This document shows positions 25,096-37,192 of a stretch of DNA of 64,000 nt, piece after piece. The stretch lies in assembly GCA_020137815.1 (NCBI GenBank), contig CM035357.1, positions 2,232,001 to 2,296,000 on the forward strand, in the 5' to 3' direction. Under the pieces are notes generated by a model, which ran no database searches, was not told the DNA's origin, and saw only the letters and a program-made list of their open reading frames with translations. Source of the stretch: Hormiphora californensis. Its lineage: Eukaryota > Animalia > Ctenophora. The position numbers were made by a program, and so were the translations under genes. Numbering within the stretch: position 1 is the first letter of the stretch; each line of letters opens with the position of its first letter.

Positions 25096-26241
25096 GTATA
25101 CTTGAAATCAAGTGTTCAGAGCGAAATTTAAAGCTTCAAAAATCAAAAGAAAAAAAGTGAAAAACGGCCATTTTGGAAAAATTCATATCCGGTTCTTTTG
25201 CACTCTGCGCGCATTCAAAACCTTTGCTCGCAGCGCGGCGCTTGTTTGCGGCGAATTAAAATATATTTTGCGGTGGCTCCAAATCACTGAAAAATACAAG
25301 TTTCGAGTTTGTCTGAAATCAATCAGTATCCTGCTGTCCGGCGGCGCCGACCCGATTTAATTTTGAACTTGTCTGGCGTCGCTTGTCTCATATAAGACCC
25401 TCCTCTTCGCACCGGGCCGAAGGCCCGGTGCGGCTACGTGAGGCCGCGTACATCGAGGTTGCGCGATGTACAGTCAGTGTGTGACAAGGCGTCGCCATAT
25501 CCCATTTCGGTTTTGATTCAGTGCGACTGCGCTCAGATCGGGTCGGCACTCGGAGTCGGCGCCGCCAGAAAATCACTATCAGATCGATTTAATAACAAAC
25601 TCGCTCCTTTTTAGTTGAAGAATAAAACATTAATTGTCAACACACAATGAAAACCATTTACACAGAGAATGAACATGTTGGAACACTAAACTGTGTTGCA
25701 GTTGTACTTGTACGACGAGGAGGCGACCAACATCCTTAACATTGCAACAGTTTCTACTTTCGGAAATGCAGATCTCCACATGTAATTGTTAACAAAAACA
25801 GCAACAACTATTCGAATTCTTTGCTAAAAGTAAAAACTCTAGACATTAGAAGAATCCTGCAACTGCTCTCTATATCATTTCTGGTAAATTGTGTACGAAA
25901 ATTAATCGCCAGTTCAACTTGATATGTGGTCTTTTGACACCAACACGTTTCCAAATAGTTTAGTTTTTAGCTAAAAAAATAGCGTTTTACCGCAAATACC
26001 AGCTCTCAGTGCTATAAAATATGAAATCTCTCTCGAGGATCGAATGGAAAGATCACACGCTCTATCTGCAAAAAAACACAAAACACCTCCAAACAAAAAG
26101 CTTTAAATTAAAGTAGGACAAATATAATATATCGGATCAAGGGTTTTTAGTAAAATTCTGTCCTTTATTGATTAGAAAAAAATCAGTTTCTTTCTCTGAG
26201 TTGTGAATCCCGCAAATAACTTTGCGGCCGAGACAGCTCCC

Positions 26242-29200
26242 TCATTGTTCTGGTTCCTCATCTTTAACGGGTGTGTCCTCCACATTATACACATCGTATT
26301 CATGGACTGCTGTGGCGGCGGTTAGAAGAGAAGGGGGCAGGATGGGTTGTGATTCCTGTTGGTCTTGATCTGGTTCGGGGGCGGAGGAGGAGTCCCGTTT
26401 GGAGTCTTCCTCACTTTTTGTTACACTGTAATGGGTTGGGGTTAAATAATCTATTTTAAACTTTACAAATTGGATAGAACCTCCAAACATTGAGCTATAA
26501 ACTGTCCATGTCTCTATAGAGAGGTCTTGATATGTCAGGCATCGAGCTGAAAAGCTCTAAAACCCTAGTGTACTAACCTGAGGTCAGTTCGTTGAGGAAA
26601 CTGAAGGGGTGCCTCCGGTTTTTCAGCCAGACCTTGTTGAATCAGGGGCGGGAGGAGAACTTTCTTTCTTCGAACTATCATGACAAGGGTGTCACCGCCA
26701 GTCTTTAGTTTGTCAACTGCATCCTGAGATAATTCGGTGGTTAGATTAAGTTAATAACAGATTTTCAACTTTTAGCGATCTGGTTATCGGTTATTTATGA
26801 ATTGAGAACAGCTAAGGTGGTGAAAAGCACTACTTCAGTTAAGTCGCTTGACACTATGTACGTGCTTTTAGAATAAAAAGAAAGTATTATATATGAACAA
26901 TTAAATACTTCAGCTAAGAGATAAATTAAATCCTCGTCTATTATAGTCATAGCACTGGCAAGTGCCCCGGGCCCAAAAGGGGGGTGTGGGGGCACAGCCC
27001 CCACCATAAACGGGGGTGTGGGGGCAGAGCCCCCACCTTAGAAATACCCTCTAACTCAAAAAACAAAAGAGAGAGCACACGCAACACTTCTACACTCAAG
27101 CGCGTGAAAACCTGCCAGTGCTACTATATACCATTGCAGATTTCGGGGTTTTTGATGCTTTAAAAAAGCATGTTCCAGATGAAGTAGAGAGCTGAAATTT
27201 TGTACTCTGGGGGCCCTCATATAGGAGAAGAGGCATGCAAATTTTCAGAACGATCGGATTTAAGGTAAAAATTTGCCAGAGGGGTCCCAAAATGCAAAAA
27301 TGTAAGGAGGGGGAGGGGAGGGGAGGGGGAGGGGGAGGAGGACGCTTTTTTATCTTTGAGTGTTCTCCTAAACCACAAATAGTAGAGACTTGCCGTTTGG
27401 AACAGTGGTTCCTTACATCATTGCGCTCGGTAATAGCTGTGTGAGAACTTCGAAATCGCCATAGTTCATTAATTATTCATTAATTAGTCATTAAATATTC
27501 ATTTAAACCATGGTCGCGATATGACACGACTCGAAGGTCATAGAATCTTGAAACCGGTCTTATTCGACGCGGAATCATCGATTTATGGGGGGTCTTACTC
27601 GGGACAAAAATCTCTATCTCGCACCGTTTAGCCGTTATTTGCATATTTATGCACCTATTTACGATTTTATGCATATTTTCAATATTTTCACTTCGGCTGG
27701 TCCTAGAACGTTTTCATGGACATATTTCGACGCAAAATAGTCGATTTATGGGGGGTCGTCCCCCGGACAAAAAGTCGTATCTCGCATCGTTAAGCCGTTA
27801 TTTGCATATTTATGCACCGATTCATGATTTAATGCATATTCTGAATATTTCCAGTTCGGCTGATCCTAGAACGTTTTCATGGACATATTTCGACGCAAAA
27901 TAGTCGATTTATGGGGGGTCTTACTCGGGACAAAATTCTCTATCTGGTACCGTTCAGCCGTTATTTGCATATTTATGCACCGATTCATGATTTAATGCAT
28001 ATTCTTAATATTTCCACTTCGGCTGGTCCTAGAACGTTTTCATGGACATATTCCGGCGCAGAATAGTCGATTTATGGGGGGTCGTCCCCCTGACAAAAAG
28101 TCGTATCTCTCACCGTTTAGACGTTATTCGCATATTTATGAACTATTCAAATTCGAAAATATGCAGAAATCAGAAAAAATAGCTTTTTCTATTTAACACC
28201 AAAAATAACAGAAATTAAGTCCAAAAACCAATTAAATAAATTAGTTTGGATGCCCGGGCCCATGTGGTGTCACGGGGGTAACACCTTTAGGCTACTGTCA
28301 TAAATGATGGATATCGAGAGAGATAAAGGCAAAAGAAATTAGGGTAGAATAGAAAGAGTGAGATATAATCAAGAAAGACGGAGAGATAAATAAGAGGAGA
28401 AAGAAAAAAGAGAGATATAATAGTGAAAGAAACAGTGAGAGAGAAAGAGAGAGAGAGAGAAAAATAGTGTGAGAGAGAGAGAGAGAGAGAGAGATAGATA
28501 TGAGATTGAAAGATTGAAGGATAACAATTAACAATTAACGAGATATGCCGTTAATTATGGCAGTAGCCTAAAGGTGTTACCCCCGTGACACCACATGGGC
28601 CCGGGCATCCAAACTAATTTATTTAATTGGTTTTTGGACTTAATTGACTACTACTTGATAAAATCAAATCCTTGTTATACCTGATGAGGTACGGCAGCCA
28701 TGCACTCTCCGTTTATCATATATATCTCATCTCCCCTCCTCAATCTTCCATCCCTATCGGCTGCACCGCCCTTTGCAATCCTCAACACAAACAGAGTATC
28801 TTTCTCGTTATACACATGACCTCCCCGTACACTGAATCCAAACCCTCGATCATCACGGAGAAGCTGTATTTCAAGCTGAAAAAAGGGGGAGAGGTTAGGA
28901 ATGGGAGGGGATTAGGAATGAGAGAGGAATGAGAATCTGATCACCACAACCGTCCTAGCATCTCTACCACAACTAGCTGTCCCTTTAAACTCAACACCCC
29001 CGACCCCTCTAAACCCCCTAAACCAACCTCTTCCGTCTCCTCTTCCTGCTCCACAGCCTCATCGACTAACTGGGGTGTACCGACACCGAGTGTCACACTA
29101 GTATCACACTTCTTGATCAGCTCCACTACCGCTTTGTGCTGTAGTCCCGTTATTGGGGTACCTGGAGAGAGGGAGTTTAGTTGAGAAAAAGTCTATCGAG

Positions 29201-32200
29201 CACTCTCTAGACTAAGAGTAAGCGAGGTGAGGTTCAGAGTGGAACAATGTTTATTTGTGGTAATAAGTCACACAGTTAGCCATAGTAACTCTCTTACCAT
29301 CGACAGCTAGTACACTATCTCCTCTCAGCAGATCGATACACCTTCCTGCCGGACTATCCGGGACAATCTCACTGACTTTGAAGGTATCATCAGCCCTCAG
29401 AGAGCTGCTGATTACAAATCCAAAACACTCGCCCGGTCCTTTTGTTACCGTCACATTCCTCATGTTGACTAGTTTGTACCTGTACGGAGAGAGAAACCAA
29501 TTAGAATACAATTAGACAATTTCTAGTTCAGTGGTAAAACAAGCACATATAAATTCTCAGAGAACAGATCTCAAACAGAAAACAGATCTGAATACTATGC
29601 AAGGGATCCTAAAAAACAACTCTTTCCCTACCTTGAAACATCATTCTCAGGTAGCATCATATTGAGTGCGGTCATATTGAACAACAACTCCGGGTTTTTG
29701 TGTCTCCTCACAATCAGACTTATCCTCCCTTGGAGCGAGGCAGCGTTGTTGATCAACTCTAACACCTTAGTATGATAACACCCCAACACACTCTGTCCAT
29801 TGACAGATCTAATCTCGTCATACACCTGAAGTTGTCCATTAGCAGGTCCATCAGGCAGGACATGCCCCACTGCGACCGGTATCCCTTGCTCCTCACCCCC
29901 GATCACTCTGAACCCGAACCCGTTATTGTCTCTTTGCAGGTCGATCTGGACGTCATCGTAGTCTTGGGAGTCCCATGATAAGGTGATTGGGACGGGTGTG
30001 GGACATGTTGATGGTCCCACATTGTCGCTCTCGGTTGTCTATCACTCCCACTCAGCACTGAACCATGATCCGATATCCTGTTACTATCCTGAGCGATCCT
30101 TGTTCCTTGGACAGTTGTGGGGGAGAACTGTGGCGGGGGTTGTTGGATTATCACGTGTTGTTGGGGAGGAGGAGCGTGTTTGTTACCCCGAAATGACCGG
30201 TTTTTCTTGTCTTTTCGTGTTCCAAACTCCTGGGAGTTGTGTTGGGGTTGGGAGGGAGGAGGAGGGGCTCCTCGCTGGATTAGAAGGAGAGTTCGGGTGT
30301 AGGGTGGGATGGATTTCAGGATATGGACGGTCTCCGCGTGTGTTCTGTTGTGCACTTGTTCGCTGTTTATCTGAGGGTGGGGTGGGTGTTAGATTAGACT
30401 TAGAGATCTGAGGGTGAGGTGTTAGATTAGAATTAGAAATCTGATGGTAGGGTGGGATGCAGTGGGAGGTGTTAGATTTAGGAGTTGCTTGTTGGAGTGA
30501 GCTCCTAATTTTCTTGAGTTACCGAGAAAATCTTAGATTTTGCGAGTAAAAGCTACATTGCCAGTAGCAGTAAATTTTGGTTAATTATCGGAGATTTATA
30601 AAAGACAGTTCCGTTCCTAAGTTTGCAAGAAAAACTGTTTAATTTTCTAACCTGCATTATCAAGTCACCCTCTAAAAGATGAGAACACCGAACCTTGTCC
30701 ATGATACTCTTTATCTTCTGACCATGGCCCGACTGATGGATAGTGAAACCAAAACCGTTCTCACCCTGAAACAAAAAACTGGTTTAGTTGAGATATCATA
30801 TATCGGTACGAAACTAAAACTGACACCATTTTATCAGCCGATAAACTCCAATCACTGTTATCGGTACACTGTTATACCAGACACTAGCCTATCCAATCTA
30901 TAGATAAGGGTAGTGGGTACTCCACTCTGGCACTGTAGAGCACAAAATGACACACAACCCTCCCCATACACATACCTTGTCAATATAAACGGGTATTGTG
31001 TCCCCCATGGCTCCATTAGTGGTTGGTGGAGGGTTATTGAAACTCCCCGTACTCCGACTTGAAATTGTTGTATCTTGGTGGTGGTGATGCTGTGGTGGCA
31101 TACCCTGGGAAGGGAGAAGGGGGTTAGTGGCATACCCTGGGAAGGGAGAGGGAGGGTTAGATGGTGTTGTAGTGGGGAAAGAGGGAGTTGGTTAGATGGG
31201 AGGTGCAGTATGCTGTATGCCTTGGGAAGACCTGTTTGTCGCCGCCGACCCTATCTGAGCGCAGAACCAAAACGGGTTCTGGCGCCGCCGGACAGGGGAA
31301 AGGTTAAATATGAAATATTGTAATTAAGAACTCACCACCATTTGTTGATGATGATGATGGTACTGTTGTGGATGCTGCATCTGTTGCTGGTAATGGTGTC
31401 CACCATTTTGATACACTCCACCACCCTCTCTCCTCAACTCCAATCTACACTCTCCCCCATTTGGTATACTTTTGAAAATACCAACCACCTCCCCATGAAA
31501 CATACTGCCGACCATTTGGCCGTTAACTCGGACGAGCACGTCACCTGCTTTCAGGCCACCCTGTGGGGAGAGGGGAGTGGGTTAGAATGGGGTGTTGGGA
31601 ACTGGAATTAGGAATAGATTTGAGGGTATCGTGTGTTTTGCCCCACTTCAAATCAACCGGTACATGAAAAACAAAACTCGGTACCTGAGTGTCGGCAGGA
31701 GATCCAGATTTAACAGATTTGATAAGAACCGACTGTCCCGTCCTATCTCCTCCAGAAAGAGTAAATCCGAATCCCTTAGTTGTCTTGTAAAGGACAGCAG
31801 TAACGATATTACCAGGCATAGGGATAGGAGAACCGTATCCGCTCTGAGAGAGAGAGAGAGGAGTGTTAACTTTGGGAATATGGGGAAGCATAACCGCGAG
31901 CGGAGCGAAGAGAGTAGTTAGGAATTGCGATAAAATCACCTGCTCAACCCTGATCCATTGATGTTACATATACCCTAGACCCTGCTCCCACGGTACCTAC
32001 CTCACACAACCTTGCTCCCCACTTACCAACATGCTTGGATCCGAATGAGGGTGGGACTGTTGAGGGCTGATTAGGGTGTTTGGGTGTTGGGTCGTTGTTC
32101 GCTTGTTCAGATGACTGAAAAGGAGAGATGGGTTAGAAACTAGAAAACCTACACGAGAATAACAACACGGACAAGACATGATATTGACAGAATTATGTTA

Positions 32201-33571
32201 GACATGTTATGTGATTTTGTTTAGTTAGGTAACCACTACCAGCCAGGAGACACTAAACAGAGGTGGCTTGAGGTTGGCAACAAGGAAACTAGACAAACCA
32301 CAATGAGTGTGTGTAGTAACAACCACAAGGAGACACATGAGTGTGTAAACAATGGGTGTGTAATAACATTTGGTGTTTCTTTTCTCTCCTCCACTCACCC
32401 ATTAGACCCGACCATGCCCCCGACCTCTGGATACGCAGGAGGGGGAGACCCAACACTCCTATTATTATACTGATCACTCGAAACATTTCCACAACTCGAC
32501 TTCAAGCTACTCAGATCAGAATTCATCCTCTGGACATGGTGACCATTATTTGTTGGGACACCCAGTAAATGGTTATTATCCTTGTGTTTTGGTTTCCGTC
32601 CCGTATCCACATTCCATTCTCTGGCTCTGTTCCGGGTGCTCGACATGCTCTCTGAACTTGTCCAAGTGGCCCCAAACTTGGTGTCAGGAATTCGGACGGA
32701 GTTCTTGAATTGTTCTGATCGGGTACTGAATGAACTGTTGACCGAGTTAGCACTTTGAACACTTCCCGAGCTGTGGGATCTGATAACGTTTGGAGCTGGT
32801 CTCCGTGACCTCCCTCTCGTTCGAACTTTCTTACTCGGATCATCTAAATCTACCCACTTGCTTTTAACGGGCGGGGGACCACCTCCGTGGGAAGTCGCGT
32901 TGGATGAAGCCGTGGAGCGGTAACTTTGGTTGGGGTGTACCGGTGGACGGTGCTGGTGGTACATAGTACCAGCATTCTGTTCGTAGAATTGGGGCGGAGG
33001 CGGGGCTTCCTGGTGTCGAGAATTACCGTTATTATACCCACCGTTGTTGTGGGTATAACCGTTTGTGTAGGGCTGTTGTTGTTGATGTTGGTGGGGTGCT
33101 CCGTTTGTATAGCCGGCGGAGGGTTGGTGGTGGGGTGCTCCGTTTGTATAGGCGGCAGTTGGTTGTTGGTTGAACTGTCCACTTGTAGTGAAATTATTCC
33201 CGTATTGGGGAGGGGGTGCCGGACAGTACGGCTCTCCACTTCCCCCTGTGTAGTATGGTTGGGATGACCCGGTGTAGGTTGACACTGCGGGGACGGGTGG
33301 TAAGGGCCTGTTTAGACAGGATCCCTGAGGTTGGAGATGGTGTCCATTTGTCCTCTGAGGTGGTGGAGGAGGAGGAGGATCGACGCTCTTTTTCTGCTTT
33401 CTAAAGACACCAAACATATCACAAGTTGATCAGGTCGTCATATCATCATCAGTCTATCTCTCTCTATCTTCTTCGGTGCAGACAGTAGATCACGTGACTG
33501 TCATGTTCTCTTCTGATTGGTTCATGCGAGCGTGCAACCTATACAGGTGTGGCGGAAGTGGTAAATGGAGG

Positions 33572-33628
<57 letters not shown>

Positions 33629-34647
33629 GAGAATAGGTAAGGCGAAGACTCAAAAAGTGACGCTGTAAAAGAGCGCGAAATAGTCAAAGAAGAGGATAGA
33701 GAAAAAAGAACGAGAGTAGACGATAGAGAAAAGGAGATCGATTCTGATCCTTGACAAGGAACATCACATTTCTCCTTGTCAAAGCTACGTCATAATGTAG
33801 TACTGATGACCTTATTACCATGAGAACGTAACATTTTCTGATGGACCTTGGTGCCCTAATAGAGGTCAAAGGGAGAGGGAGTATAGAGATGAAACGTAAA
33901 GAGAGATGAGAATAACACTAGCATAAGAGTAAACACTGCTCCCAGAGAAGAGAGGCCGGACGTGTTAGACGTAGATGGCCCGGCTTTGAGTTTTCCATCA
34001 GTTTCCATTCGCATTCCATATAATGGGTGTGGGATAGATGTCAACAAGACATTGTGGTAAGAGCGAGACTTGACGACATTGACACGACGGGTGTCCTGAC
34101 AGGTACAATTAGCGTTATAATACTGATAGCCGCGTAATGAGATAGTTACAAAGAAAGAGAGATAGAGAAAAAAGAGAGAACGAGAGATAGAGCGACAGAG
34201 AAAAAGAGATGATCTTGATATCCTTGATCCTTGACAAGGAATACAGATCACAATTTCTCCTCGTCAACAAGCTACGTCATTAAGTGTAGTACTTGAATTG
34301 ACCTTTATCACTGCAGAACACTCAAAACATAATTTTCTAGAATATCTCAACAACAAGGCAGACGTTTCTTGACAGATTACAAGCTTGGATTTACTGGATT
34401 CTGGAAGAATTGTGGGCGGCCGAGATGGAGAGATTTCGTGGACAGAAACCACAAAGTAAGTCAAGCATCCATTATGAGTCCAAGAGATGGCATAATGAAA
34501 CAGAAATAATGATAGAAGAGAGAAGAAAGAGTGAAGAAAGAGAGGGAGACTGAGAGAAGAAGGAGAGAGAAAAGATAGAGTACGATAGAAGAAATAAAGA
34601 GCCCTCTGTAAATGTGGAAACTACTCCGAAGGAGAAAAACGAGAGAG

Positions 34648-34712
<65 letters not shown>

Positions 34713-35268
34713 AAGAGAGAGAGTTTTACCGAGTTTGCATGCAAAACAAGAAGGAATAAGTAGGAAGAGAAAATGTGTTCAGTGAGATTTCACGTGCGGT
34801 GAGCCATGTGAGAATCATGGAGAGAGAGGGGAGAGACGGGGAAAGAGAGTGATAGTTTGTGTGAGAGACTGAGAGGGAGAGATAGGGAAATGAGAGAAAA
34901 TGAGGTGGGAAATGGGAACTTTGCTTGTCACATTTTGCAAGAATTTTTCATAAAAAAGGCACTTTACGGCGAAGTGACGAGAGCAAAGAAGTTAGAAGTA
35001 AGACAGCTAGAAAAATAATTATGCTGCGAGAGAGAAAAAGCAATTATGCTGGGCAGTTTTAGAATAACTTCATATCATTTTTAATAAACTGATAACTGCT
35101 TGGTGATCTATGTTCTAAAGATACGATTCAATGATGTTCATGACAGTAAAATATTACAAAAGTAAGGGCGGGGTTAGCTGTCCCGATCATTCATATAATG
35201 AGTTCATATAATGAAATGAAATGAAGAAGACTCACTTTTTGTAGCTTGCTGATAGAATAGCTCTTCGA

Positions 35269-35359
<91 letters not shown>

Positions 35360-36731
35360 AGTGTGGGCGCTGACAAAAACAGACCGCCCTTGACAAATTA
35401 TCATGGGTGTCATCACTCCCGTTCGAGATGGAGATAGACGGTGAAGTGGAGAACGATAGAAGAATAGCCGCTGTCTCCGAAAAACAGTAAAAGGCTATTT
35501 GCATAAAAAACGGTAAAATATGATATATTCAGAGGCCAATATTGATTATAAAGATCCCGACATATATGAACGCCATGATGAATTGTCTAGCGCATTCTGT
35601 GGGGGTTCGGTAGAGCAAGTTGTGATGCTTTTCTAGCTATACGGCATCTTGCCTTGCTCGACCCTCTCTCAACCCACGACGGTATCAGTTATTGTAAAGG
35701 AAAAAAGGGATCCTAGACAAAATGACATAAGCGGAATCAGGAAAATGACTAGACTGTGGAAATGGAAAGAGGAAAATGACTCATGTTCATGTTCAAGAGA
35801 TATCATATTCAAATAAATGAAGGGGTATGAAGATGGGTACAAGCCCCCCCCCCCTCTTCACAAGGTACTGTTCAGCTGCAGGGTGTGGTGCAGTGGACTA
35901 ACAGGAAATGCAAGCAAGCTGGACCTGCACCCTCTCTCTCTCTCTTTAGGGGAAGTGAGAGAGATAGATATGGGTATAGAGTGAGAGAGAGACAGTTGCC
36001 CCTTTCTCAGACGCATATAATACACATCTCTGTCTCATAAGCGAGCTAAATGCACCCTACATCAGCCTATCGCTGGCTCCCAAAATAGACAGGACCAAGT
36101 TGTTACCCCACGATATATTATCAGAAAATCTCTTGGGCAAACATAGGCTAGACAGTTATCACCAGACTGTTTGACCCCACCTTGAAAATGGGGTGAAACG
36201 GAAAACCAGCCCTCCTTTTAAAATGCATAGAACCGTAACGGTCCTCGTTTATTCACCAATGGAGATCTACTAAGTTACCATGGCAACCAAGAGAAGATGA
36301 CCTCCTTTTGCAGTAGACGAATGAACAAGGCCTCGGAACAAGTAGAGAACTAGCTCTTTACACTTCAAACACGCTTTGTTTGCATTTCTCTCTTTCTCTC
36401 CCTTCCCCGCTATCTATCTCTCTCCATCTTTCTCGCATTCTCTACCACAATTCGATTACGTTTCAGCAACTCCGAACAGCCCATACCATATGTTTACTCT
36501 TGCAATAGCTCAATGACTCTAAAGTGTTCGCCAGTAAGAATTATCGGGAGAAGAAATATTCAATTCTAAACATATCACTGAAATCAGAATTAGACGGGGA
36601 AACTGATTCAAGAACTAGAAGTGAAAAAATTTGGAAAATGCTGTTTTACTGTTGAACGGAGTAGCAAACTCGTGAGAGACTGGTAAACTAAATCTACTAC
36701 TACTACTCAGAGAGAGAGAGAGAGAGGGAGA

Positions 36732-36777
<46 letters not shown>

Positions 36778-37119
36778 GAGAGAAATAAAAAGCTGAGAGA
36801 ATGCATACCAACACATGTGCCGTGTTAAAATTTCAGTCTGAGAATCCCCGGCTGGGATGCACACTTTTTTAGCCCACGACTAGCTTGTGTAAAGCTAGGG
36901 CCCATGCGGAGCCAGAGAGAGAGAGAGAAAACCGAGACAAAACAGAGTGAGCTAGGAAATTCGGAGTAATGAGAGAGAAGGGGGAGAAAACAGAGAGATA
37001 ATAATATCATAGGAAAAGGGAATGGACCAGAACAAAATGAGAACGAGGGATGAACACTGAACAGATAATGAACGAAGAAGAGCAGAAGGGCAGAACAAAC
37101 AATGGAGACGTGTGGAAGT

Positions 37120-37192
<73 letters not shown>

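Noticed and set aside
29960-29975. Frameshift in a MAGI exon before PDZ3
   Set aside because: Repaired by one extra base in a C run (ACT CCC CAA GAC). This is a typical homopolymer error and not evidence of recoding.
33700-34470. Diverged direct duplication plus GPI-tail-like (33856-34070, minus) and GFWKNC-containing (34340-34456, plus) fragments
   Set aside because: The copies differ by scattered single-base indels, as in raw long-read gap fill. The peptide resemblances are too short to call.
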